Assembly: GCA_013239625.1 (NCBI GenBank) | Contig: MU053933.1 | Location: forward strand, 2,751,026 to 2,815,025 | Source: Lama guanicoe | Taxonomy: Eukaryota | Length of the DNA: 64,000 nt | Direction of reading: 5' to 3' | Part shown: positions 23,046 through 36,500 of the stretch, one piece after another | How the letters are laid out: every line of letters begins with the position of its first letter | Numbering within the stretch: the stretch's first letter is position 1 | The notes under the pieces: generated by a model | What the model saw: the letters and a program-made list of their open reading frames with translations, nothing else | The model's database searches: none | What the model was told of the DNA's origin: nothing | Program-made: the position numbers and the translations under genes

Positions 23046-26000
23046 AAAACCGCAAAACAATCCTCGGTTCGACCTGATTTTCTTTAAAGGCCTTGTTCCA
23101 TTGTCTTCTGACTTCCATCGCTCCCTTAGGGAAGGCAGCTGCGAGCTTGGTTTCCTTAGAAAGCAGCTGCCTTTCTTCCTGCTTTTAAGATTTTCTGTCT
23201 CGGTTTTCGGCAGTCTGGCTCCGAGACACGTGGGTGTGCTCTCCTCGCATCTCCTCCCTCTTGCCTGGGCTCGCTGGCAGGCAGGGGTGCGCTGGCGGAG
23301 GACTCAGCTGCACAGGGCCCCCCTCCCTCGGACCAGCCCAGGCGCCGTCTAACAGCGGTGGCGGAGGTGCCAGACGAACACGCCCAGCTGCACACGTGCC
23401 CCGCGGGCTTCTGCCTGCACCGCACTTGCCGACAACCCATTGGCCAGAGAGTCACACGGCCGGGCCGGTGTCGGGATAAGGGGACCCCAAGTCACACGGC
23501 GAAGGCGAGGACCCAGGGTGGTGAGTGTGGTCTGTCACTTCCATCCGCTCACCTCGCCCTTAGAGCGGCCCTGGGACAGGTGTTACCACACACTGTGGCT
23601 CCGCAGAGGAGCTAGGTGGCTGCCCACAGCACACACCAGTCTGGGGCAGGGCGGGGACCCAAGACCTCAGCCCCCTCCCCCACCCTCTGTGAGGGTCACA
23701 CCCAAACTGGCCAGTTGAAAATGGCCACCCTTGCTTCATCCAAGTCCAAGGGTGAGGCCCCCACTCCCTCAACTTCCGCCGTCCCTTTTCAAGCCGAGAC
23801 CCTGGCAGCAGCGTGTGGAACCTCTGGGTGGTCCTCACAAGGGACCTGCCCCCTCGGCCGGCCACGAGCCCACACGCCTGCAGCACTCGTGGCCTGAGGG
23901 TCAGGTCAGTGGATGTAAGAAGGGACAAGGCTCCACTGGTCCCCTCTCCAGGTCTGTGGTCCCTGCCCCTACCTGGCCTGGGCCAGTAGAGCCCTCAGTG
24001 TGGGTTTGGCTGTGGACCCCACCCCACCGGAGCCCCTCATGATGGGTGGGGAAGTCGGGAAGGGCCTGGACAGCCACATGGCTGGAGCCCCCGAGCTGAA
24101 GGCTGAGAGGCTGTGGGATGCAGGCCCCACCGTGGCCACTGCTCCGGAGCCCAGCCTGGCCTCCCACGGGACAGGGCGTCTGTCAGCCCAGTCATCCCAT
24201 CCGCTGTCCCTGATGGCTCCTGCCCCTCAGGAGGGGCCCAGCTCCTCGGCCACCAATTCCAATCAGCCATCTCTGGGAAAGGGGGCGGACCTGGGTGGGG
24301 AATCTGGGGAGATCTGCTGACCCCAGGAGGGCGGCACGTCCTCAGGACAGGACCCCCGGGCCCAGGCTGGGATGAGGCACAGGGAACACGCACGGGGCCA
24401 CCGTGAGGGCAGGGCCCCTCCTCGGGGCGTAGGGGCCTCCGGGTGGGGAACAGCAGGTGAGGGGCGTCGGGACAGGGCCCCCCAGGCCAGAGGGAGCGCT
24501 CCACTCAGAAGCATGGAAACCCGCCCAGGTTCTGAGCGGCTCGCGGTGGAGACGCGGAAGGCCCGGATGTGCGGCCTCCACGGAAAGCCGCGCCTGCGAC
24601 GGGCTGTGGAGGGGCCGGGGGGGGGGCGGTTGTTCTCCTCCCGTTCATCACCACACTTGGGTTCATTGTTGTGTTCTCTCGGACATCGCCTGGAGCCAAT
24701 GTTTATCTGTTAAAGGAAAACACACAGTGAAGCATTTGCTTTGTTACAAAGGAAAAGTCACATTCCAGGAAACACACAAAGGCCTTTACCCACCAAGGAG
24801 GCGGTAAAGGGGAGCCCCCACCCCGCCCCGCTCCCCACCCGAGAGCGCAGACGCCCAAGTCGACCGAAGAAAGAGGCTCCGGCAGCCCCGGCGGCTCCTG
24901 TCCCTCCCTCAAGACTCAGAGGAGGAGGAATGTCCTCATCGACAAACGCATCACCCGAGCTGGACTCTTACTGGAAAGTTAAATCCACCACGTGGAAGGG
25001 CCCCCGACAACCCCCGCTCGAGGGCACCGTCCTGGGGCCTGTCCCGGGCACCCCGGGCCATTTTCATCCCAGGACCATGGACCAGAGGACGGAGGCTGCT
25101 GGGACCTCCGGGCCGCAGCTGGGCAGACGGTGGGGCTGCGGTCTGAGCCCCCACCGGGCTCACAGCGCCGGCTCCCTGAGAGGGCCTGACCCCGACCCCA
25201 CCCAAATCTCCCACGTCCTCCCCCAGACCACCCACCCCTGCCCTCCCAGGGGCCAGGTGAGGGACCCCGCCACTCAGGTCATAGAAACTGGCAGAGCGTC
25301 CCTGAGAGAACTGCCGCCCGCTCCTTGGCCTCTGAGCCGTCCGGGTCCCGGTCACTCTTTAGTCCCACACCGCCCGCCGCAGAGTCTGCCCTGATTCCTG
25401 CAGCGAGAGGGCTGGGAGCTGTGGCCTCCCCACTCAGGACACCTGTTGACCCCTCGGCTTTGCCCCTGACCCCACCCCATCTCCGCGTCCCTTCCCTGAG
25501 CCCGTCCGCCCACCTGCTGACCTGTGTCCTCGCACTCACCTCCCCAATCCCCTCAGACCCAACAGACCCAAACCTGCCCTCCCTCTGCCCTCAGCCCGGC
25601 GTCTGCCCACCTGACTGCACAGCCTCGGACACGTCGGCCCTCAGGCCAGCGGCCCCCGGGGAGGTGAGGACACCGGGGGTCACACAACCACACGCTGTGG
25701 ACCCCCAGTGGCCACAGAGCAGGGTCAGGGCCTGGGCCAGCTTGCTCCAGAGCCCCTCGACAGACCCCTCAAATGGACCTGGGATTTCCACTGGGCACGG
25801 GGGTGTTCCTCCTGGAAAACACGTGTTCATTTCCCCTTCTGTCCCCCTGACTTCGCCTCTCGGTCAGTGAGCTTCAGCGTCCTGGTGCCTGTGCTGGCCT
25901 GGAAACGCCCCTGTGAGCCCTGGACGCCAGCCCCAGCTCTTCCCGACACCCACCTGTCGTCCGTAATCTGTCTGTCACCATCCACCCGTCTGTCCACACT

Positions 26001-27724
26001 CGCATGATCACGCTCCCTGTCACGGCTGCTGCTCTGTCATGACAGGGAAGCGAGCATTTTCTCCCAGACACCTCGCCTCCTGCAACCCTGAGGAACCGAT
26101 TCGCCAGAAGAGGAAACCGTGCGCCAGTGGCGAGGTGAGCTGGCTCTCCCGCGTGTCCTCGGGGGCCCCGGACACCCAGGGCCCGGACGCCTCCCATCCC
26201 CCTGCTTCCCGTCAGACAGCTGGGTCGGTCCCTTGCCCCCTGTGCCCCGCTTGGCCTGGCCCCCAGGTTGGGGGGAGGGCTGGCTGAGGTTATCAGTTGG
26301 GGGCCCTCCGGCTGGGATAGAGGAGACAGGACGGGGCTGCGTGAGGGTGGGTCACGGCTGCAGAAAGCAGCCCAGCATCACCCAGGACCCCGGCTCGCCC
26401 CGCGGGGGCCCTGCTGCAGCCCCCCGTGGTGGGGACGGACGCCGCCTTGCTGCCCCTCCCCCACCCCAGTCAGGGCCCCCCCCCAGGGATATTGGCCCAG
26501 CTTCCAGGGCACCTCAGCCGCCCTTTGTGAAGCCAGATGGCCTTCCCCTCTCGCGGCTGTTGTTCTGGAAGTGGAGGGGGCGGCCCCCCCACTAGCTCCC
26601 ACGGCTGGAGGTGGGGATGCACAGGCCTGGGAGCACCCGCCAAGGCGGCCGCAGGGTCCTGGTCTGGGGGTCTCCCTGAGCAAAGACCAGGCTCTCAGGG
26701 CCTGATGTGGCCCACGAAATGGTCCAACATGTCAGCCCAGGAACCGAGCGGGGCCCAGGCGCCTTTCCTCCAGAGACTCCCCAGTGTGCCATCTGCCCAC
26801 CGTCCACCTCAGACCCACACAGTCCCCATCACTGATCCCCGGGTCCCAGCAAACAGGAGAGGAGGCTCGCGGGAAGGAAGGACACACGGATTCACCCCAG
26901 GATCAGAGAAGCCCAGGAGTCCACTGGCAGAGGCCAGTGGTGGGCAGTCAGCCCGGTTCAGGGTGACTGGGAGCAAGGTGACCCCCCCTGCCCCTGCAGC
27001 CCGGCCCCTCCTGTCACAGTGCAGGGCCCCTTGTGGCCTGGTCCACACCTAGAGCTTCCCCATTCGTGTGTCCCCCACGGTCTTGATGCAGGGGAGATCC
27101 AACTCACCCCAAGGACAGGACACAGGCCCCGCTCCCTTGGGGACCAAAGAGGGAGGGTCCTGGCTCTTGCTCCCTCCTGCTGGTCACCACACAGCAGGTG
27201 GACGTCCTGCGGCCGGTAGATGTCTGGTCACACAGGCCCCTGGGGCAAAGGGATGAGCCTCAAATTGAAGGCGGCAGGGGGTGGGATATAGAGGACACAG
27301 AGATGGAGCAACTCAGTCAGGCGTGAGCCGCGCCTGTGGTGACAGGAACCAGAGTCCTTGATGGAAACACACAGCCCCGGTCCAAGTCAGGGACCCTGTG
27401 TGACAATAAGGCTGTAGCAGACGCTCACTTGTCTTCCAGAGACTAGGCAGAGGGCAGTAAGGCACGCACAGGCACGGGAACCAGCGTGTCCCCGCCCCCC
27501 GGGGTGTCCAGCCACCGAGAGACGCACCGGAGGCTTCAGGAGGAGCCTGGCTTCCCGTGGTGGCCAGAGCTAACTACCCTCCTCGGGCCCCACAGGAAGT
27601 GGCCGCTGAGTGGCCTGAGTGTCTGCCCTCCCTGGTGGAGGACAGGGGAGTGAGCAGCCCTGCGGGGACGTCCTCAGTCACGATAAGGCCCCGGGAATCC
27701 AGTTGAACCATAAGAGATGCTTAG

Positions 27725-28154
27725 TGAAAAGTGTCCCCAGAGACCCCAAGCCCTGCCCTGTGGGCTCACGAACACGCGCTTACTCAGAAAAGGAGTCTCT
27801 GCAGATGGGATTGAGTTAAGGGTCTTGAGACAGGGAAACCCTCCTGGATTGGCCAGCTAGGCCCTAAACGCTGTCTCAAGTGACTTGGGGAAGGGAGGCA
27901 GAGGGAGCAGTGACAGAGAGGCGGGGCCGCATGACCACAGAGGGAGGCAGGGGAAGGTGGGGCCGCGGCCACATGCCCGGAGCCGCCAGGAGCTGGGGAG
28001 GCCGGAAGGGCCGACCCGGGAGCCTCGGAGACAGCTGGGCCCTGAGACACCTTGAGTTTAGACTTCTGGCCGCCAGAAAGTGAAACAGTGAATTTCTGTT
28101 GTTCCAAGTCACCCTGTTAGTAGTAACTTGTTACAGCAGCTCCCAGACACTCAC
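27725..28154 (+). mobile_element. MLT1C/D-like MaLR LTR
   Basis: GTCTCTGCAGATGGGATTGAGTTAAGGGTCTTGAGA, TTTAGACTTCTGGCC, AATTTCTGTTGTTCCAAGTCACC...TTGTTACAGCAGC. Confidence 0.78.
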
Positions 28155-30144
28155 AGGACAGAGAGGCATAAAGGGGACGGTCTTGGCAGAGCCGCTGAGT
28201 GGGGAGGGGGTGCTGGGGGTGCTGGGGTTGCTGGGGAGGGGCTGCGGCCCCTGTGACTCTGTGCCACCCGTGAACGGAGGGGCTGAGGAGCAGTCAGGGC
28301 ATCACTGCATCTGTCTGTTCCTGTCTCAGCCTCCCACACCACCCCCGCCACCAGGAGGGACCTACCAACTACAAGCCTTGCCCACTGCTGTCTGCTGGAC
28401 AGGCCCTGTCCCTGCTGGACCAGGACTGGCTTGATCTGCATTTGGCAGATATCAAGGTGCAGAGGGGAGGCGGCCTCTGTCCCTCGATCCCTCCCAGGCC
28501 CTGCTCGGTGTGGCTCCCCTTACTCTTCTGACCCACATTCCCCAGTCCCCTGTGGTCTGGCTGGTCACTGGTCACTCCATGGAGATGGACACGGGTCAGT
28601 CCCTCCGTTGCACTGAGGCTGGGCGTCCAGCGACCCCAGGATGGGATCCAAAGGAATCAGTCAGCCATGGGGACAGCAGCGGTGAGCCCAAAGCCCGGCC
28701 TGTGCTATCCGAGGCTGACGGCAGTGGTGACCCACGACGTGGTCCGTCCCCACCACTGGCTGCGCCCCCAGCAGGTGGTGGTACTTGGTCTACGTGAGAT
28801 GCTGTCACCTTACCCTGCTCCATCTGGGGTCACGCTCCCTCAGGTCCAGGGTCCTCAGCCCTGGCTGCGCAGTGGCTCCACCAGGACCACTAAGGCCCTC
28901 TACCCAAGACCTGGACCTTCCCTGCGGGCTGCCCGACTCGGGGGTGAGGGTGGGTTTCAGCTAGGGTGGGTTTCAGCTCTCAGGGGACTTCCCACTGCTC
29001 CACGGGGCCTGAGCACCTGGCCAAGCTGGCTCCTGGCTTTAGCAGAGAGGGCCCAGGCGTGGGGCAGATGTGCCACTGCCTGGACGGAGGTCTCAGCACC
29101 CCCACTCCCTCCCTCGAGCGGCCTCTTCCTCTGCAAAGGCAGATAAGCCCTCTCCGAGGTCCCCAGAGGGTCCGTGAGGGCGTCTACACCCACTGTGTGA
29201 TGAAGCTTCCAAGAACCAGAGCCGCTTGTTTTCAAGCCCAAGAGGCAAATTTTTCAGTTGAAATGAAACAAAAAACTCAGATAGGGACTGGGCGTCTCGA
29301 TCACAGAAACGAAGGGGTCTGATTTCTCTGCCTCGGGTAAAACCAGGGCCAACAGAAGCACGGGTGAGGACGCAAGCATCAGAAAGTCTGGGAACGCTGA
29401 ACGATGAAGAAGGCACGCCGGGCCTCCCGTACTACAGAGCGGTTGCCTGGGGCGCTGGTCCCTCGGAGAAGTGGCAGGTGCAGGTATGTGCACACCTGAC
29501 GAGGGCGTTCGCGGAGGGGCTGTCCCGCTGCCCAGGGTCCAGCTTGTACGTTGTTTTGTTCACCTGCCCTCAGCTCTCAGTGGAACAAATTCTCTGGTTT
29601 CATTTTCCCATAACAAAATGTGCTTTCTAGGTAAAGACAAAATAAAAAAACTTGTGTTTGGAGTCACAGACGCCTCCTTACTGTCCGAGGCGCCTTCAGC
29701 CGGGCCTGAGGAGCCCTGCCTCCCCGAGTCATGCGCTGGGGTCAGACCAGGCTCACCGGGGCAGGCAAACTTGCCAGCAGCCAGCCATCATTGTCTCCAA
29801 CTCCCGCAGGAAACTCTGGCCGCATATGCCTTCCTTCCTCACCATAGGCTTTCAGCAGAACCACCCACCGATTCTCTGGCGCCCACCCTCCCCACCAGGG
29901 CCCAGGCTGCAGCCCCAGGCGTCCACACGGGGGAGGGTGGAAGTTGGAGACCTGGGACTGGCCTGGGCTCTGCCCTTTTCTGTTTGTGGTGACTATGGCC
30001 AAGCCATGGGCTGGGTTAGCCATCGTGGCCCAGCCCCAAAGTGTCTGCGGCCACCTCTGAGGTCAGTTGTTCATGATAAACATGCTCGGAAAGAGCTAAA
30101 GGGAGAGCAGGTGACACAGGAACAGTGTGGGGCGTGAGGAGGGC

Positions 30145-30560
30145 CGTGTCCCAGGTCTCGGTGGGGCCCTTGGGACACGCCCCACTGAGCGTGGGTCCTT
30201 GGCTTCACAGGAAAGAATTCAAGGGGGAGCCACAGGTGAGTAAAGGTAGGTGTATTCAGAGAGACACACCCACCCAGACAGAGTGCAGGCTGTGTCCGAA
30301 GGCAAGCGCACGGCCACGCGCTGCGGGGCGGGTGCTCAGGGTAGCTGAAGGCAGGCGCACAGCCCGCACAGAGCGCGGCCGTCTCTGCAGGCGGCGGCCA
30401 GAAGCTGGGAGGCGCGGGCGGGCCGGCCTTCATCGACTGAGCAGCTCCCTGCGCTGACACAGGGAGGACTGTTTCAACTACTTTGGGGGAGGGGGACTCC
30501 CAGGAATGGGGCCACTGCCCCCACGTGACCTTATATGGTCAGCCTGAAACCCCGGCCAAT
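30145..30560 (-). mobile_element. ERV1-class LTR fragment
   Basis: GGGTCCTTGGCTTCACAGGAAAGAATTCAAGGGGGAGCCACAG...TATTCAGAGAGACACAC is a typical antisense U5/R of laurasiatherian ERV1 LTRs (recalled). Confidence 0.6.
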
Positions 30561-33500
30561 CAGCCTGTGCTCCTCAGGGACCCCGCCCGGTGAGCCACCC
30601 GGGGTGGCCGTCTCCGCAGAGGCCACAGCCAGGAGGTGCCCACGGCCGCCTTGCTGGGGAGGGAGATGCGCCGGACGGTCCCTGGAGCTTCAGAGGTGAT
30701 GGCGAGCCCGCCTGCCCGCCAGGCCTGCTGGCTCAGGTGCAGACCGACGCTGCCCTTCGCGAGCTGTTTCTCTTTCCACAGAAAGGGACGACTTTGTTGC
30801 AAAAGAGTGGTAACAAAAGTCGAGGGACGACTTCCTACACAGAGGCTGGTTCCCCCAGAATGTATCCATTTCTGCATCACAGCGAGGCCGACTGTGCGGT
30901 GTGGGTGGGGGGCCCAAGGCCGGGGGCGCAGGAGCAAGTTTAAAACGCACAGAAGTGTTCTCCCAGGAGCCCTGGGCCATGGGGAAGACGAGTGCCAAGC
31001 CCCGCCCCTGCTCCGGGCTCCCAGCAGAGCTATGCGAGGAATCCAGGCCGGTGCAGCCCCCCACGCGCAGCAGCAAGGTTGTCCCTGGGAACGGGCTCCG
31101 CGGGGTCAGGCACATCCTTTCAGAAGGGATTTCCGGCCAGAAGTCAGGGCTTCCAGGCAGTCGTGTGGTCGGGGGCGGCCTGGGGCGGCCACCCGAGCTG
31201 CCCTGGCCCCCCGGCTCCAGGCTGGGGCTCTGTCAGGTGTGCGAGGCCAGGTGGGGGACACACCTGGGCTGTCCTTCTGCAGGAAGACCTTGAACCGTCA
31301 CGCTTTCTATCCCCTTTCCACGTGGCGGCTCCGAAGTGCTCTGCAGATAAAAGGTGTGGTTCTGAAGGACGTTAAAGGCAGAAAGCTCGACCAGGGCGCA
31401 GCACTGGGAAGGGTCGCGGGCCTTCTCTGCAGACGTCCCATACGTGCTTGCATCTCAGATCTGACTTTGCCCTAAAATAGACCTCGAGAGTAACTGTGAC
31501 CTTGAGAAAGTCCTGACTATTTTTAAATGAGCTCTCTCAGGGGACGCACAGATGACTCACTGGGGACAGATCTGTCCTCTGCAGCACCCTCCCCTCCGGG
31601 GGCACGCAGCGCGCGGTGGGCTGAGGGTGCTCGAACCCCGCACCACACGAGTTTGCACACGGGTGGAAACTCGCTTCGTGACTTGCACAAGAAGCGTGTC
31701 CAGCCCAGGCCCAGGTCCCTGCCTGCCCCCGACGGCTGCGCCCCGGCCCCCGACCCTGTGGGCGGGTGGAGCCCCAAGTCCGTTTCCTGGAGAACCTGAC
31801 GGCAGCCTCCGTGTAGTCGGAGCAGCCGTGCCGGGACCCGTCAGACTGGGCCCCCGCAGCCCTGGACCCTGGGGCGGAGCCAACACCTGCCGGAAGCGCG
31901 CCTTCCCTGAGGCTGTCCTCGCGTTCCTTCTCACCTCTGAGTCTTCCCTTAAGGAAAGCACTCAGTTCCCTGATGCGCAGGTTCTGCCTTTGCCAGTTCG
32001 CCTCCTCCCTGAAGCTGAGCACAACTGCAGACCAGTGCTGCGTGTCCCCGTGGTCACCAGGCAGGGTCACCGCACGGGGCCGGGACAGCGCCAGCCCCCG
32101 GGGGGCATCCGCTGTGGAGGCTGGGGGGCCGGCTCCGCCTGTTGCAGCTCCGTGGATCACATCCTTCTCAGGCTGGGTCGTGCCTGGGGTCTGCACGTCT
32201 GCCGGCGGTTTCATTTTAAAAAGGGGCCGCAGGCCCGGTGCTGAGACGCTGCCAGCGTCTGGGCCCCAGGACAGGGATACACCCGGCGGAGAAGTCGCAC
32301 GCCCGACAGGCCTCTTTCAGGGGAAGTCATGTTACCACATCAACAACACGTTAAATAAGGAGGCTTCAAACAGAAACATTTTAAACATAAAAGTGCGATG
32401 GGGCTTTGCCCTGTGTTCCCCGTGGAGCCAAGGTTGAGTCAGTTTGAAGTTTGAATCTTTCTAGAACTTTCTAGAACTCCACCCGCAAACACCAAGCCAT
32501 TTCTGCAACCTCCCAATCCATCGGGTTTCACCACTTCCCGTTCTAGTTCACCGTTCACTCCAAGGTGCCTGGAAGCTAGAGGCCGGGCCCACGGAGAACT
32601 GGGGCTGCCGTGCGTGAGGGCGCGAGTGTGTGCGGACTGTGGGTGAGTGTGCACGCGGGCGAATTCTCCCGGGGGCACGAACACCCCTGGGGGGTGTGGG
32701 CTGGCTGCCGCCCGCCCCTCCCTGTCTGTGCGAGAAGCTGCCGGAGCAGAGCTCTGCTGTGCTCACCAAATGCAGCTGAGCACACAGAGGAATGGAAGAT
32801 GCAAGCGTGACCCCCCGCTCTGGGCCGGAAGGAAGTGTTTGCAAGTCAAGTCATGGCTCTGGGAATCCAGAATGTTCCCTGAAAAACCTCGGGCCTCTGA
32901 GGGCGGGGACAAGGGCTGGCCGTGGGCAGTGCAGGAGGCTGGTGACAGCTGCTGCCCACTTCCACCCTCCCCCGGGGTTCTGGACACTGTCCCCGGCCCC
33001 TGGGGAGGGGGACAGCGGGATTTGTGCAGCCTCCCAGCCTCCGGCCCCTGGATCGGCCGGGCCGGCCTTGTCCCCATCAGAGCCCACCCCCTCCCCAAGA
33101 ATGGCCCCACTGGCCCCCAGGCAGCTCTGCCCTTAAAAGGAGCTTCCCCTGGGGACCCCTGTCTTGGGAATCCCAATCTGGAGCTGGAGGCGGGAATCCA
33201 GGCCCTAGAAACCTTGTCCTGTCCCCAAAGGTCACAGCGTTCTCCAGCTCTGAGGAATTCCGTGTCCTTCCCAGGCAGGGCCATCCGGGGTGGAAGAGGC
33301 CTCGGGCAGTGGGGGATGGGGGGATGGCCGAGGAAGCGGGACAGTGGGGAAGCTGCCCCTGCCCATCCCTCCCCGGGCTTCAGGGCACGGTGAGCGGGGC
33401 TCCCGGCCGTCCCACCCGGGACTCTGCCGCCCCAGCCTGCTCCCAGGCTCGACTCTCACTGGCACCTCCCAGGGCCGGGCTCCTGCTGACGTCCGTGCGT

Positions 33501-36500
33501 TGCCCTTCCATGCAGTGACATCATAAGCTCTCCTGTTATTTATAAGATGTCTGTAGGCTTTCTCGGGTCTTAATGTAAATAATCATAGCGCCTGGGCACC
33601 TTTCCTTCCTCCTCTCAGTCCTCGACGCAGTCACACCACGTGTTACACAGGGTAGAAGCGAGAGGGTGGCAGATTTAAAATTCATGGGAGAAGGAACTTT
33701 CTAGCAATAAAGCAGCACAGGGCGGTGGGGCCTGGCGGCATCAGCCGTGTGCCTCGGGAACAGAGCGGGCGAGGCTGGAGACCCTGTTCCTCAGGAAGCA
33801 CGATGAAGGCTGGTGCCAAGGCGAGGCCGGGCTAGGTGGCACCCAAGTGCCTCCCAAGCCCCCGTTTTGAGATCCCCATCCCCTTCTTTCTCCCAGAGGC
33901 CTCGAGGTGACAGTGGCTGTCGACGTCCAATATCCAGAAGCCAGAAGTGCTTGGGGGCGGCCTGCCTGCTGTCTGGTTCACAAGCAGCTCCCCACCTGCC
34001 GCCTCTTACCCGAAGCCTCTCTCTCCCCCTGTCTCTTGGTCCACCTGGCGTCCACCTGTGTGTCCTGCAAGTCGGGGTCAAACGTGACCTCTCGGACCCT
34101 CCACCAGGCGCGACGCTGCCTCCTGGTGTGTCCCCAGTGTCCGGGTCTCCGGGGACAGGTCGTGCAGATTTTTCTGATGTAGGTTTTAACCATGAGCACT
34201 GCACTCTCCCCAGTGTCCCAGATCAGACAGGGAGCCCCGCGGTTACCCCAGCTGATCAGGACTTTGTCGTGACACCCGTCACTGCTACCTGTACACGAGT
34301 CAGGTCATGGCTCTCACAGCTCTCCGTTCCCGGAGATCGAAGTGTCGCCGTCGCTTTACTCCCAACTATGGCGCTGTGAGCCGCGAGGATCAGCAAGTGC
34401 CTGCAGTTCTCACAGTGAAGGCCCGCTCCCCTGACCGAGGGCGGGGACGGAGCACAGGCGCGAGGGGACTGGGGCAGGAGGCGGCGGGTCCCGCCCGCGG
34501 CACGCAGGCAGCCTTGCGGGGTTTTTCCCCCTCGTTTTCCTGCATCCACACGTGCCTATAGTGTCAGCCGTGCCACGCACTCACTTCTCTGTTCTTTTTT
34601 CACTTAGCACGTCAGACGCGCCCCCCCCCAGGACGCAGGCCCGACCACAGTCACCTCCACCACAGTGCCAGTTCCCCTCTGTCCCCGCGCCTTTGCTCGC
34701 CAGGTAACTTCCACTAGTTGGTCACTTGAATTTCACCCTAAGGGCGTGAGGGCTCTTTCTGAGCCTGTTCTGTACGTGTCTCGGGAGTCACCGGAGCGAC
34801 TTCTGCGTGGGTCAGCCCAGGAACGACACTGCTGGTCAGGCAATCTGCATGCTTGTGTGGCTCAGTGTTTATCGACGAGGTATCTTCAAAACACAGAAGG
34901 AAGGAAGGAAAGAGCGAAAGAGAAACCAGGCCACGCGGCCCCAGGAAAGGCTGTTGGGTTTCTGGGTGTAGGAAGGAGGACCTCACGCCTTAAAACCAGA
35001 AAACACTCACGCAGCACACACGTGCACACGCGTGCACACGCACGCCCGTTCGACTGCTGGGCGCGGCCTCTCCACCCTCGCAGAGCTCGGGCCGGCACCG
35101 CTGCCGTGCCCGCTGTCCCCACGGGGCTGGGGGTGGGAGCTGACCGCTGGCGCCACTGCAGGTGCTGGGGCAGTGGGAGGGTTGAGTCCCCAGACCCGGC
35201 ACAGAAGGTGTCCACCCTGTATTTGGGGATCCCGGGGCCCCCGCCCGTGCCGAGGGGAGCTTTCCCTCCACCTCCAGGACTGCCCAGGTGGTCAGGGGGT
35301 GTCCTCCCCCGCCTGCCCCCACCAGGCAGCCCGGGGACCTCCACCTTCTCTGGTGCTTCCTGCTCCAGGGGACTTCAGGGGTCCAGCCGCCTCTGACACC
35401 AGCTCCAGGAAGGAGGACTCAGATGAGCTCACACCTTCCAAATGCAGCTGGGCAGGCGGCCGCCCGGGGCCCAGGCAGCTCCCTGTCGCCGCGCTTTTGT
35501 AGCTCGCAGCCTGTGACTCAGGGCTGGCTGGTTTCCCGGGCTGGTTTCCTTTTCTTTTGCCATAAGTAAAATCAAGATGAGCTGAAGGCGTCTCTCAGGG
35601 GTCTTTGCACCGACTTGTCAGTGTTACAGATGAGGGCCCTGCAGCTGGGGCGGCACAGGCCTCTCCCAGAACCGCGCAGGCAGAGCCCCAGAGGGTCCGA
35701 AGCGAAGTCGGCGGAAGGAAGGGCTGTGCCGGGCATCCTGGGCAGAGGGCACCACTGGCCGTTGGCACCCCCTCCACCCACCCGGCCCTGCACTGCCCTT
35801 CCCTCCTCCTTCATCCCAGAAGCCCCTGAGGGAGGCAAGGCAGAGAAGAGAGGGGAGGCGGGCCCAACGGAGAACAGGAAGAGGGGAGGCAGATGGGAGA
35901 GCGGGTGTGAGCTCAGAGGAAGGGGGACAGTGGGCCGGGAAGGGGGAGGAAGGGGGCGCTGGGGGAGCCTCTGGGCCAACTGCCCTCCTGGGCTCAGGCC
36001 TGGATCTCGCAGCCCCTGGTTTCTCGCCCTGTGGCCCGCCCCCATGCTCCCTCCATTGATTCCAGGGTCGGAGGCTCACGTGTCCCCATCATGGCTCCCA
36101 AGGCCACAGGAGGGGAAACTCACCTGAATGTCCCTCCTCAACTGAGAACGTCCCTGGGGAGCCCACGCTCTAGTATGAAAGTTACCCCCTTTAGAACTCT
36201 GCTCTTACGTTTTTTTAATTTACTTTTCTTATTGTATAAGACACACACTCAGAAGTGTGTTTATGATGGCGACGTGGAGTTCAAAGAATAATAAGGTAAA
36301 AACTGCACCAAATACAGCCCAGTCTCTTCGGGGTGCTCCAGCAGACTTGGGGACCAGGGTGTCGGGTGAGGAGGCAGCCCCTGGAGACACAGGCGATGGG
36401 AGGGAGTCTGCCACCCAAGGGCTGGTGACCAGGCCAGCGGCCATCCTGGGCCCTGGAGATGCCTGTGAACCACAGGGCCCAGGGGCCCCACCCCCAACAC

